A stretch of 38,076 bases of DNA from Octopus bimaculoides (taxonomy: Eukaryota): contig NC_068982.1 of NCBI RefSeq assembly GCF_001194135.2, forward strand, positions 182,823,767 through 182,861,842. Reading direction: 5' to 3'. A model generated the notes under the pieces. That model made no database searches. It was not told the origin of the DNA and was given only the letters and a program-made list of their open reading frames with translations. Positions 21,640 to 33,571 of this stretch are shown one piece after another (the first letter of the stretch is position 1; every line of letters starts with the position of its first letter). The position numbers and the translations under genes are program-made.

Positions 21640-22100
21640 CTCCCTCCAAAACATCAAATTATTCGGCTGAAACACATCTGCTACACCCAACTTAACAAAA
21701 GTCAACTTCCTGAGTATCTTCTCTTGAACTCTAGACAGTCAAGTATCACCTCTGGAGAAAGCCTAGTGAGGAAGCGGTTTATATCTATAGAAAATTCTTC
21801 AACCTATCGGCAGACATAAAAACCTTCAACAGAGACGCATGCCATTGTAATACGGCATTAATGAGTAGCGCATTTACTGATAAGATCTTCTACAAACCCA
21901 CAACCCGAAAGCAGTCAAAGGTGTTATCCTGTTTATTCTATCATTCATCTAGCTTATTCCGCAAAAAAGAAGCTAGAAGCTTGCTGCTCCTCCAAACAGA
22001 ATTTTCGAAAACCCGATGCTCGAGCTTAGCCATTCCAGCTTTGATAATATCTCTTCGAAAACTGTGCGCTACAACAGACAAATACGCATCACACATAATC
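21640..22100 (+). mobile_element. Penelope-like element RT C-terminal fragment, degenerate
   Basis: NLTKVNFL, SLEL*TVKYHLWRKPSEEAVYI and NLSADIKTFNRDACHCNTALMSSAFTDKIFY resemble PLE NL..VNFLDV.L.L..G.Y.PYRKP....YI and LSS....FN..A..YN.AL..SGF...I.Y motifs. Confidence 0.6.
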
Positions 22101-22615
22101 CACATGATTTAAAAGAGAACGGGACAAATACAAATGTTCTGTGATCGGAGAAAATCGTTTGATATGAACTGGGCAGTCGTCAGTATCATTTCTATAATAG
22201 TAGTCTGAATGTGATATAATAGATCATTTATTTTCATTCCAGTGTGCGAGCAGTGTTCTCGAATCAGTCTAAAAATATTTCAATTTTTATTGCAGATTTT
22301 TTAAAAATTCAATTTCAGTCAGTAATTTATTGCTGGCTTCGTGGTAACAACAGTAGGCGATGCATTAAAAAATACAATAGTTCTTTAATGGTAGAAATAT
22401 TGTCATTATCACATAGCCGCGTGTAAAGTATTCCAAGATGGCTGCTGAGTTTACCGATCGAATCATTCATTTCCTCTGTAAAACAATATAATTTGATTAG
22501 CTTTATCGTTTGCAAATAAGCTATATCAACGCCATATAGACGACTGTTTAACATTAAGCGTAAGAATCACACAAATCCATACAATTGTTATCCTCAGATA
22601 TAGAAAAAATAGTTT

Positions 22616-22617
<2 letters not shown>

Positions 22618-22681
<64 letters not shown>
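22618..22681. repeat. (GATA)n microsatellite
   Basis: Directly visible. Confidence 0.95.
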
Positions 22682-24795
22682 CATGCATACATACACACGT
22701 TAATACATGTTTGTGATAGTGTTATATATGTGTGTTCGCACGCGAGCGTGTGTATACAGATATAGTATAGTGAGGGGGACATTTATAAATATAATACATA
22801 TATATAATGTTTTTTTGCCACAGATACATGTGTGTGTGTGTGTGTGTGTGTCTGTATACATGCGTATATGTTTAGCTGTCTACGTGTGTGTATGTGTATT
22901 TACCTACATGAACGTCTAAGTTTATGTGTGCCTATGTCTATATGTGCAGATTCAATGTTATTGTTGCAGTGTAAATAACAGACCTATAAGGCTACTGTCT
23001 TGAAAGGATGTTCACCCTCACCTACCCATCCGATCTTTCTATCGACATCGGTTCAAATAGACCGAAGGCAATATTGATTGCATAGGAAAACCTAATACAC
23101 CGTATCAATTACGAACAACAGTTTTCATTTTAGTATTTGTTCTTTTTTTCTTTTTTTTACTACTCATTCGTATTTTGACCTTTATCGAAAGATGCAACAC
23201 AAGATAACTTGGACATAGGTTGTCAATTATAATTCTTTAGATCTAGTTCTCACACCTGACCCTCTTACTTTGCTTCAGACAGAAAGGTTATCTCCGCACG
23301 ACTTTTAAATAACATTTGTATGTACGTCTAGCGGTTATCTCTAGCAGTAAGTTGCCAAATTCATCTCTGACCCACATCTGCAGTGTTGACCTGCAAACCC
23401 ACCAGATCACACATACCTTTTCTTTGCTGTATTCAGAAGTTCAAGTTGAGGGTCATCACCATTATGTTTCTGCTTTAAGTCTTTCTCTCTGCCTTTGTTT
23501 ATATCTTTCTTCTGTCTTTCACTGCTCTATTTATTATACGTTCATTCTCTTCCGTGTCTTTATCTAGCAGCCTTTCTTTTCTTAATCGTCTCTCTTTTCT
23601 TTTATTTCTGAATATTTTTGTCATTATTTACCAATCTCGTTCGTTCTCTCTTGTAATCTATACCTTCTCATTGTTCTTTCTCTAAAGTTTTATTGTTTTA
23701 CCCACTTCCATCGCATTATCCACTAATATAGTTTCTGCACAATGGACGCTGATCCAGGCTGCCAAACACACAAACACCGTCATCGTTATTTGAAAGGCCT
23801 ACCACAGTCAACTTATATGACAAATGTATCTACTTAATTATAGTATCAGAAAGACTAAGAATCTTAGAATAAAAATAATGTCCTGCCTTAACTTTTTTCA
23901 AAGGCATTAATGCATTTTAGTCAAGGAAACAAATCTTTGCGTGGAAACGAAATCTAAATGTTGGATTTGATTCCTGAGAGATATAGCAACAGCTAAACCA
24001 GCAATAACGATATAACATATAAGGATGTGTCTAATTACTATAAGTGAAGATTTTATGAATTACTTATAAGAGAAGGGGAGAAAATGTAGTTGAGCTTTCT
24101 GACAATGCTTTCCCTTCAAAGATGAAAAGCTTAACATCCAACCACTTGTTGTATTAGTCAGTGACTGTGTAAACATTCAGATGGATATATCAATTAGTCT
24201 CTTATTTTACAGTTCTAAAAGAGAGATATATAGTCAGACAATAGGTTGGGTCATCAAGCATGTTGTTGAATTGTAATAAACATTTCAGGAAAATGGGATT
24301 TATCAAATAGACTGACTGTTGTGTTTGTACGGCTTCCAAATCACTTCTAATCAAGCAGATTCATGGCTTGCAGATTGTTAGCAAACCAAGAGCAAGCCAC
24401 AAATTTATAATTTCTGAAGTGTAGCGTTTAGCTGTATGAGATATTTAATCGTATGTAGTTTACTCAGTAAATGTTTTGGGTAACTAATTGCATGTTTACT
24501 GGAAGTGGGAGGTACTGCAGTATGACGAATTCAAATCTATTTTCTTAAAATGTTCTTATCTTAAATTTCCATTGCTCTCGTCTTATGCATGTATCTTTGT
24601 ACATGACATATTTGACTTTGTACTATAATTCTAGATTTTATCCTTGGTTTTCATTTTCTATCATTGATTTTAGCAATTAATTTCAGATATTTCCAAGGAG
24701 ATTTTATCTAATTTGTGAAAATAAAAACATTTGTGAAAATAAAAACATTTTCCAAATTACAATAGTTTGTATAAGATATAACATTCCCAACATAC

Positions 24796-24910
24796 TGCCC
24801 TTTCCACAAATGTGTTGTTAAAATTCTTGTATGGCTCCTTGAAGACGGGTGTTCTAAAAGGTTGGTGTGAGATTTCAACTTGCGTCTCATACAAAAGTTG
24901 GTACTTGTAA
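24796..24910 (-). CDS. Candidate exon (115 nt); frame ambiguous
   Basis: Donor gtatgt and a weak acceptor (aaatgtag). Two frames are open (YKYQLLYETQVEISHQPFRTPVFKEPYKNFNNTFVERA or TSTNFCMRR...). Confidence 0.25.
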
Positions 24911-25008
24911 CTACATTTTAGACCAAGTTTCCTTAAAAACTATCTCCTGTCCTGCATTAAAAAATGACGTTTATTATTAATAAGAGACATTTGTGAGACA
25001 TTAATTAC

Positions 25009-25049
25009 CTTGTATTATGAGTGGTTTGCTGATGGCATCAATTATAAAA
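25009..25049 (-). CDS. Candidate micro-exon (41 nt, phase 2 to 1)
   Basis: Acceptor ttttcttgttttaag and donor AAG|gtaatt. The only open frame is FIIDAISKPLIIQ. Confidence 0.3.
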
Positions 25050-25933
25050 CTTAAAACAAGAAAACTAATTCACAGTCAACACATAATATTAACTTAGACG
25101 TCTTTTCCAAAATATTTTCTCAATCGATTAGTTTTCACATTTTCTGTTTTCTTCATATTATTTTGTCACTTAAACCGTTCGAAGCCACTGATTATTTAAG
25201 AATGTTGTAGAGTCAACATTTTTTTTTCTTCCATCCTGTCTGCCCCATTATCAGATAAAGTGATTTATGAGAACTGAAAATAAACGAACTTCTAATTAGG
25301 TCAGTCACCTGTTTCTTCGGGTAAATGTTATTATATCAGAGTAACGCGTAGAACAATCATTTACATAAATACTTTATGGTTGCGTATCATACAAGTTATC
25401 GGCCAAACAGAGCGGCGACTTGTCTTTCGTTAACATTATATTTTTAAACATATAATCAAATGAAAATTATTTACAATATATAATAACAATTTGGTATAAC
25501 TCAATCATAATCAATTACATATATATGTTTAAAATAATGTTATCTAGTTTTATATATCTATTTTTTATGACAGAAATATAACTTACAATCAGATAGCAAT
25601 ACAACCTAAAGAAATACAATCAGCTCTAAATCGTATTTTCATACGTTTATGTATTTATTTTGGAAGATTCTCGATGGGAAATCGTGTGTTGAAACAGATA
25701 TTACTATATTTGGGGACGGTCGTTTTGCCAATAAACAGACGTACTGTTTAACTAATCTTCACTTTAACTTTATTATTAGTAGAGTTCTTTAGTCACACAT
25801 TCCGTGGTCTCTTCAATAATTACCTGTTCTTCTCCTTGGCTTCTCTTCTTTCTTATCATTCCCTGTCTGTTTCATCTTGTCTTTCTGTAATATGTATCCT
25901 TGTCTGTGCATGCGTTTGTGTACATGTATAAAA

Positions 25934-25980
<47 letters not shown>

Positions 25981-26219
25981 NNNNNNNNNNNNNNNNNNNN
26001 NNNNNNNNNNNNNNNNNNNNNNNNNNNNNNNNNNNNNNNNNNNNNNNNNNNNNNNNNNNNNNNNNNNNNNNNNNNNNNNNNNNNNNNNNNNNNNNNNNNN
26101 NNNNNNNNNNNNNNNNNNNNNNNNNNNNNNNNNNNNNNNNNNNNNNNNNNNNNNNNNNNNNNNNNNNNNNNNNNNNNNNNNNNNNNNNNNNNNNNNNNNN
26201 NNNNNNNNNNNNNNNNNNN

Positions 26220-26288
26220 TGGGGTGAGGGATGGGGTGGAGTGAGGGATGGGGTGGAGTGAGGGATGGGGTGGAGTGAGGGATGGTGT
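26220..26288. repeat. 17-bp G-rich minisatellite (GAGGGATGGGGTGGAGT)n, truncated by a gap
   Basis: About four units are visible next to the Ns ending at 26219. Confidence 0.85.
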
Positions 26289-26914
26289 TACTACTCCATC
26301 CAAGTGAACACTGGCAGGAACTCAAGAAAGAGAAAATCTTTTCAGTGCTATACTAATGTGCTAAATTAGAAGATGGAGGGCTCGACAGACAGATGTTAGA
26401 ATCTTATACTTCGATAGATTACGAAGGCCAGACCTATAATAGAAAATACACCAAGCCTCAATAGAATACGTGAAAGGTGTAATAAAATCTCCTCCACTCC
26501 ATCCCAACCTGAAAAACTGATGACAGAATACGAAAGAAGACACGGGTACAGTGTGATATACAAACCCATTCTCATGCACACAAGACACACATCCCCATAC
26601 CAAACACACACAGACACACGCTCAGACATAAGCAACTGCATGTGCAGATATGAATACATAACACAAAAATGTAAGATGGAAGGAATAGACAGGACAAAAC
26701 CAGGCAGAAGAGAAGACATGAGGAACAGTCATTGAAGGGATCACGGAATGTGTGACCAGCGGACTCTGACAAACTAACTTTAACAATAAAGCTAAAATGA
26801 AGTCACATGGTGAGTGTGTTTATTGACAATATTATCGTTCCCTAATATAACAGTACATTGTATGACATTGTATGACATAAGAGTCACAATTCATATATAA
26901 CTTTCATATGTATA

Positions 26915-27210
26915 ACCTGGCATTCGGTTACGACAACGTGAATTCCAGAACAATCTGCTCATGAAATTAAAGTACTCAACAGTCACCTGTGCCCTTAGTG
27001 TAGTTCTCAGGGAGATTCAGCGTGACACAAAGTGTGACAAAGCTGGCCCTTTGAATTACAGACACAACTGATTTTTTTGCCAGCTGAGTGGACTTGACCA
27101 TCGTGAAATAAAGTGTCTTGCTCAAGAACACAACGCACTTCCGCGAATCGAACTCATGACCTCACGATAGTGAACCGATTGCATTAACCACCAAGCGATA
27201 CATCTCCACT
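26915..27210 (-). mobile_element. tRNA-derived CORE-like SINE (family C2)
   Basis: The reverse complement has a head with gagttcgattc (B-box), then gcgttgtgttcttgagcaagacacttta (CORE/V-type motif), then the 3' body aattcaaagggccagc.ttgtcacact..gtgtcacgctgaat.tcc..gagaactac shared with 8583-8920. Confidence 0.7.
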
Positions 27211-27252
27211 ATGTATAAACTAACGACGTGATGTTTATGGATATTCACTTAC

Positions 27253-27293
27253 AATTTGTTATGACAAAGAGAACACTCAGTTAAATGTATCAC
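27253..27293 (-). CDS. Candidate micro-exon (41 nt, phase 0 to 2)
   Basis: Acceptor tatttccttag and donor gtaagt. The only open frame is VIHLTECSLCHNK. Confidence 0.3.
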
Positions 27294-27918
27294 CTAAGGA
27301 AATACTATTTACTGTTTTATAGTTACAAATTGTTGGAGCACAAATAATAGAACCACAATCAGTTAGATGTAACAATCACATTTATATATCCTAAAAGACA
27401 AAATCAAACTATTTACATTTATGATATTACAACTTATGACAGAAATAACAGTTTCACTCAATTACATACATTACCTAAACAAATATTGGCTTGTGTTTTA
27501 TAATTTCGTTTTTGTAGGTGAGAAATAATGCAGTGAAAGTCACTTCCATTGGTTATATGATATATAAACTAAACATAGTGAAAAGGCATTGCACATTCTA
27601 TAAGGATTTCAAATAACTACCCAGAAAACGTTTGTAGGGTAGACTGTCATAGACCACATGAAGCGTATAGGGCTTATTGCATGTGTGCGTGTGTCAGTGT
27701 GTCTGTCTGTGTGTTTGTGTGTGATATGACTATTGTTCACAACATAACATGTACAACCTGTGGGAAGATGTGTCTTTCAGTTGGAGGAGCGGAAAAGTGT
27801 GTCAAAAGATTTCATACTGTGGCGCCTGTTCCTTCTGCCGGGCGGCACAGCTGTGGACACTACAAGAGAATGTGCAAATATTTCACCGGGCTCAAGAGTC
27901 ATACAAGGGCCTCACATT

Positions 27919-28130
27919 CTTTTCTACTCAAGGCACAAGGTCCGAAATTTAGGGGGAGGGGCCAGTCGATTAGATCAACCCCAGTACTCAACCGGTACTT
28001 AATTTATCGACCCCGAAAGGATAAAAGGCAAAGTCGACCTCGGCGGAATTTGAACCCAGAACGTAAAGACAGACGAAATACCGCTAAGCATTTCGACCGG
28101 CGTGCTAACGTTTCTGCCAGTTCGCTGCCT
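27919..28130 (-). mobile_element. Full-length tRNA-derived SINE (family A) with a 17-bp target-site duplication
   Basis: The TSD tacaagggcctcacatt occurs at 27902-27918 and 28131-28147. A- and B-box-like motifs are intact. Confidence 0.95.
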
Positions 28131-28214
28131 TACAAGGGCCTCACATTGCATCATCAATGACTTATTTCAGTGATTCTATCAACTGATTTGCTCGTATGTG
28201 ACAAAGCAGTTATG

Positions 28215-28395
28215 CTGGACCGATGAAATATACATTTTTCCGTTCTCTCTATTTATTTTCTCATATTCCTTTCTGTTAAAGAGCTTAGGCTTGAAACGTA
28301 AAAGACGTTTCCGTTTTCCCGAGCGTCAAACTAATACACTTGCTTGATGTTCATACACCTGTCTTCGTCTTTTGCTTTTTCTATAAATTTCAACT
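28215..28395 (+). mobile_element. Second copy of the PLE-tail-like repeat seen at 770-949
   Basis: ttctgttaaagagcttaggcttgaaacgtaaaag...cccgagcgtcaaac...acacctgtcttcgtcttttg. Confidence 0.5.
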
Positions 28396-28406
28396 ATATA
28401 TACACA

Positions 28407-28620
28407 TGTATGTATGTATGTATGTATGTATGTATGTATGTATATATGCATGTATGTATGCATGTATGTATGTGTGTGTGTATGTATGTATGTATGTATG
28501 TATGTGTGTATGTGTGTATGTGTGTATGTATGTATGTATGTATGTGTGTGTGTATGTGTGTATGTATGCATGTATGTATGTATGTGTGTGTATGTATGTA
28601 TGTACGTATGTATGTATATA
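28407..28620. repeat. (TATG)n/(TG)n compound microsatellite
   Basis: Directly visible. Confidence 0.95.
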
Positions 28621-28759
28621 CTGGCTGCGATGGGTAAATTGTCTTCATTTTATTTTTGGATGGTATATTGTTTCTTTTACTTTTATGCAAACTGCCAAAT
28701 GTAACCGTCTTTCTCTCACTACCTCTACATCTCTCTCTCTCTCTTCCTTCTCTCTCTCC

Positions 28760-28794
<35 letters not shown>

Positions 28795-28808
28795 CCCTNN
28801 NNNNNNNN

Positions 28809-28850
<42 letters not shown>

Positions 28851-28942
28851 ATCACATGGTCTGTGTAGATTTGGTTATCTCAATTCTTATGATCACGATG
28901 TGTTCAGGTTGTTATCCAAGTCTGTTCAAATACATCACATAC

Positions 28943-28967
28943 TCTGAATGTACCACTAATATTTTAT
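28943..28967 (-). CDS. Candidate micro-exon (25 nt, phase 1 to 2)
   Basis: Acceptor attgctgtcag and donor gtatgt. Reads (D)KILVVHS. Confidence 0.25.
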
Positions 28968-29423
28968 CTGACAGCAATATATTAAACAATTACTTCACAG
29001 ATTTAAATATGTTACTGCTGCTTTTATTGTCCTTTAGCCCCAAGTCTGAGTTCAGATCCAGCTGATCTCTGAACAAAACGTGCTAACAATGCTAACCCCG
29101 TCTTTTGGTATAACAAAAGCTATATTTTTCAATGTGTCATTTACATTTTTAGGACAGTAAGGTGCGATATAAGTGCTGACAGTCTGATAATTTTAAGAAG
29201 GTAAGCGACTGCGTTGACGTTTCCTTGTTAGCTCATATAAATGCTTTCGTTTGTTGTGATGGATACTTGAATCATAATGACTTAAAAAGCTGCGTCTCCG
29301 AAGAAGAAGATAATGAACATTTATTGTGTTTGTGTTGAATAAATAAATATCAAGAAGCTTAAGAGAGAGTGAGAGAGCGGACGGGAGATATCGGGAGAAA
29401 ATCGACAGTTTAGGACTCCAATA

Positions 29424-29496
<73 letters not shown>

Positions 29497-29528
29497 CTAT
29501 CTCTCTCTCTCTTGCTCGCTCGCTCTCC

Positions 29529-29562
<34 letters not shown>

Positions 29563-29695
29563 CAAACGCACCCACAACATGAAAATAATTCATTCAGTTC
29601 TAACACAGAACATTCCATTTTTATCTCTGAAGAAAAATCCTCTCCAAAATGTTAAACTTCATAGTTATTCATTTTATTTTTATAAATGTTTACCT

Positions 29696-29925
29696 CAAAG
29701 GCAGCGAGCTGGCAAACTCGTTAGCACGCCGGGCATAATGCTTAGCAATTTTCGTTCGTCTTTACGTTCTGAGTTCAAATGTCCCCGAGGTTGACTTTAC
29801 CTTTTATCCTTTCGGGGTCGATTAGATAAGTACCAGTTACGCACTGGTGTCGATGTAATCAACTTCCTCCCTCCCCCCCCCTCCTACCTAAATTTCAAGC
29901 ATTGTGCCTGTAGTAGAAAGGATTG
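29696..29925 (+). mobile_element. Full-length SINE (family A) with a 10-bp target-site duplication
   Basis: The TSD atgtttacct occurs at 29686-29695 and 29926-29935. Head ggcagcgagctggcaaactcgttagcacgccggg, B-box gagttcaaat. Confidence 0.9.
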
Positions 29926-30008
29926 ATGTTTACCTTTATACGTATTGAACTTGAAATAGTGAAGCATCGAAATGAATTATATCCACTGAGTTGCATCTTA
30001 TGAATTAC

Positions 30009-30046
30009 CTGACTGTGCAATTGTGTTCCTCAAAAATACAAGAAAA
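30009..30046 (-). CDS. Candidate micro-exon (38 nt, phase 2 to 1)
   Basis: Acceptor ttaattacttag and donor CAG|gtaatt. Reads FLVFLRNTIAQS. Confidence 0.25.
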
Positions 30047-30234
30047 CTAAGTAATTAATAGTGATACTTATAAGCTCAAATTATATTGGGGAGTTTTAAC
30101 CGAATTTTTGTCTTGGCCGGGTTAGTTTTTTTGTTTTCACAAGCGATGAAGTAGCTATTGATACCAGCGAATCAAAGAATTAGACTGATGCGCTAAATTT
30201 AGGAATATGGCATGAACTTGACGACTATTCATAC

Positions 30235-30272
30235 CTCTCTAGAGTTCCCAGGCAACAATGACCAATCTCAGG
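30235..30272 (-). CDS. Candidate micro-exon (38 nt, phase 0 to 2)
   Basis: Acceptor tgattacag and donor GAG|gtatga. The only open frame is PEIGHCCLGTLE. Confidence 0.25.
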
Positions 30273-30546
30273 CTGTAATCATTAATCTCACTCTAGGTTA
30301 GACTAAATCTAACTGCAGCAATATCTTTATAAATCATTTAATCATTATAAAACAACAAAATGTGTTGGCTGTTATATTACATTACGTTTTTTACCAGACT
30401 CTGTTAGATTAATTCAGTCACATATTACTCAATATGAGTAATTTCGAATCTCGATTATAAATTATTGAGTTTGTAATATCTTCATATGAATGCGCTAGTA
30501 AAATCTTCAAACATGTCACCACCAGTCTCAATCATTATTATTTACT

Positions 30547-30765
30547 TGAGGGCGACGAGCCGGTAGAATCCTTAGTACGACTTACAAAATGCATGACGTC
30601 ATTTTATCCTCCTCTACATTCTGAGTTCAAATGCCCCCGAGGTTGACTTTGCCTCTCAACCGTTCGCGGGTCGATGAAATAAATACTAGTCAAAGACTGT
30701 GTTCGATATAATCGACTAGCTCCTTCCCCTAAAATTTCAGGCCTTGTGACTATAGCAGAAAAAGT
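30547..30765 (+). mobile_element. SINE (family A), diverged
   Basis: gggcgacgagccggtagaatccttag...gagttcaaatgcccccgaggttgactttgcct...gggtcgatgaaataa...aaaatttcaggccttgtg. Confidence 0.8.
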
Positions 30766-30780
30766 TATTATTACCTTGAA

Positions 30781-30965
30781 GAAGGTGGCGAGATGACAAA
30801 ATCGCTAAAGCGTCGGATGAAATATTTTTCCGACTGATTAAATTTCAGCTCAAATTCCGCGTACTTTACTTTTCGATAGAATAATTACCAGTTAAGCTTT
30901 GAGATCGACATAATTAACGAACACCATTCCCTTAAAATTGCTGGCCTTGCGCTAAAGTTACAAAA
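30781..30965 (+). mobile_element. Older SINE (family A-like) immediately in tandem
   Basis: aaggtggcgagatgacaaaatcgctaaagcgtcgg...ctcaaattccgc...cccttaaaattgctggccttgcg. Confidence 0.6.
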
Positions 30966-31059
30966 TATTATCTCCTTGAAAACGTTCAGTACTTATTTTC
31001 AAGATATATTACGTGAACTGTCACTGTATTCATTACTTCTTATATAGAAAAGGATCTAT

Positions 31060-31200
31060 ATGTGTGGCCTGAATCCCACAATGACGAGCTTTGGGTTCAA
31101 ACCCTTTTTTATGGCACCTTAGGTAAGTGTCTTTTCTCACAGCGTCGATTTATAAGAAAAACTTTTATGAATGTGTTGGTAGATATTGTGTGGAAGTCAG
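31060..31200 (+). mobile_element. SINE (family B) 5' half, heavily diverged
   Basis: gggttcaaacc...ggcaccttaggtaagtgtctt; compare the reverse complement of 37257-37417. Confidence 0.4.
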
Positions 31201-31640
31201 AGAGAGTATTCTTGTTATTGCATGATAGACTGTTGCTCGGTTTGATACCAAAAAGTCGTCCTTGGATGTCTGTAGGCGAGTCCATCTTGTTGCAAGCAAT
31301 CAGGCCAATAATCTGATCTCATAATATTTTCCTCAGTTCCTCCCATCAAGTCGCAGAGGTCCCGTACAAAGTCATGGATGTTGTCGTTTCCCTGCTGACT
31401 AAGTTATAAAAGAAATATGAAAAAATAAATTAAAATACACAGCTTCCTACTTCTGGGTCATAAACCCATACTATCTGCAGATCATTGTCCTTTAAGAGAT
31501 GTCAGTGACTGGCATTAACATCCAGTGTAATTCTATACAAGATGTAGGTTTATGATGCATAACTAATTGCAGGATTTGCTCGACATTTATTTGTCATATA
31601 TCAGAACTCAGAAAATAAACATTCCATGTAGTGAGCTCAC

Positions 31641-31689
31641 CAGATCATAAAAGCAGAAATACTGCCATTACTGCTATTTTAACTTCCAT
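31641..31689 (-). other. Candidate signal-peptide-like exon containing an in-frame TGA
   Basis: Acceptor atttgtttgacag is immediately followed by ATG, and the donor is CTG|gtgagc. Reads MEVKIAVMAVFLLL*S. Confidence 0.25.
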
Positions 31690-32911
31690 CTGTCAAACAA
31701 ATATTCTCAATCGAATTTAGCTGAGAACATTTCTGAAACATTATTTTTATTGTTCTTCCTGCTGTATTTACTCTTTCTTTGATTATCCATGTTTTCATAT
31801 GTGACTGCCGCTGATGTCATTAATGCTTTGGCTCTTACGGTTAACAGAGTTGCTTCCGACATTTTGTGTGCGTTCTTATTGATGGTTATCATGTCACTGA
31901 TTTTCTCGTTGCTACTGTATTCGTAGGGTTACTACGCTGTTGTTTTGTCTTGTTTAACCTTATTTTTGTTCCTGCTACTTACACAACTCTGCTTTTATTG
32001 AATATACTTTAATGGTCGTCAAGCGAAAGCCAGCTCTCTTGGTTGTTTCTGAAATATTTTACTTTGCACTGAAAACCTCTTATAAAACGTAAACATGCTT
32101 TAGTTCCAAGGAGATGGAGGAGTGCGAGGAGAGCTGAGAGAACTTTTTTAAAAGCCATAAAAATATGCATAAGAAACGTAAACAATTGGAGTGAAACCAT
32201 TTATATTCTAAAAATATCAACAAATAAAATATCTGCTGAATACGACCATATATAAGAGCAGGAAAAATACGCAAGATGCCAATAGAAAAGTAATATTCAG
32301 CAAGCATTGATGATATTTTTCAAGTGAAATCATTGAAATGATGCAATTTATATAGAAAGATCGGTAAATTTTGAAAGACCATCACTATTACGGAAGAAAA
32401 AAAACATTGTTTGGCACTTAGTATTCAACGGTGCATGTAGCCATACAAGTAAGGAATTGTGCAGTTTTGATCGGAAATATTTCTGTATATCTATATAATA
32501 AATTGCTTTTAAAAGCATATATTTATATGTGTATTCATTATGATTGTTTCTATACATGTATGTATGTATGTATCTGTAAGTACATGAATACATGTATGTA
32601 TGCACGTGTGTACATCTGTTTATGTATGAATATATCTACTTATAACTATATATATTTTGTAGCGGTATGTTTACAAACACGAATTTCCCTATTGCAAAGC
32701 AGAGTAAAAGTTAACTCGTATATAACCACACAGCATATATACAAATGTATAAACAAATGTAAGTTATTTCTGTACATAACTATTTAATATGTATGTATGC
32801 ACGTGTGTGTATGTGTGTGTGCCTGTGTATTATACCCACAAAAGTATACGTATATGAGTTTAAACGTACATGTTCACTCAAACACACGCAGATGTACACA
32901 TACTCAAATAG

Positions 32912-32913
32912 AC

Positions 32914-32997
<84 letters not shown>
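32912..32997. repeat. (GATA)n microsatellite
   Basis: Directly visible. Confidence 0.95.
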
Positions 32998-33571
32998 GAA
33001 TTATGTATGTATGTATAAATTAAAATTCTGTTGTATTTATGTATTACAAATTTATTAACATGTAATGCAGGTACAATAACTACATTTTAGCATCTGAATC
33101 TTAGTATCAGCGCAGATAAACATGTCAGATAAATATCCTCTCGTCCGTGTATAGCTAACATAAAAAGTGACAAAGTAGTACTTTTCAAACACGTATCTAC
33201 AGCAAAAATTGAGATAATTTTGAACTCCTACCTCCAACAACTAATAATGNNNNNNNNNNNNNNNNNNNNNNNNNNNNNNNNNNNNNNNNNNNNNNNNNNN
33301 NNNNNNNNNNNNNNNNNNNNNNNNNNNNNNNNNNNNNNNNNNNNNNNNNNNNNNNNNNNNNNNNNNNNNNNNNNNNNNNNNNNNNNNNNNNNNNNNNNNN
33401 NNNNNNNNNNNNNNNNNNNNNNNNNNNNNNNNNNNNNNNNNNNNNNNNNNNNNNNNNNNNNNNNNNNNNNNNNNNNNNNNNNNNNNNNNNATATATATAT
33501 ATATATATATACTGTATATATAATGTATTTTACTACATTATACTATATCATACTTGGGAATGTATGATATA

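Noticed and set aside
31641-31689. In-frame TGA as selenocysteine
   Set aside because: No SECIS element or selenoprotein context is visible; a nonsense change, an indel or a non-coding exon is simpler.
32009-32200. ORF with signal-peptide-like MAFKKVLSALLALLHLLGTKA
   Set aside because: The hydrophobicity comes from a CT-rich tract, there is no usable donor at a plausible intron distance, and the ORF is short.
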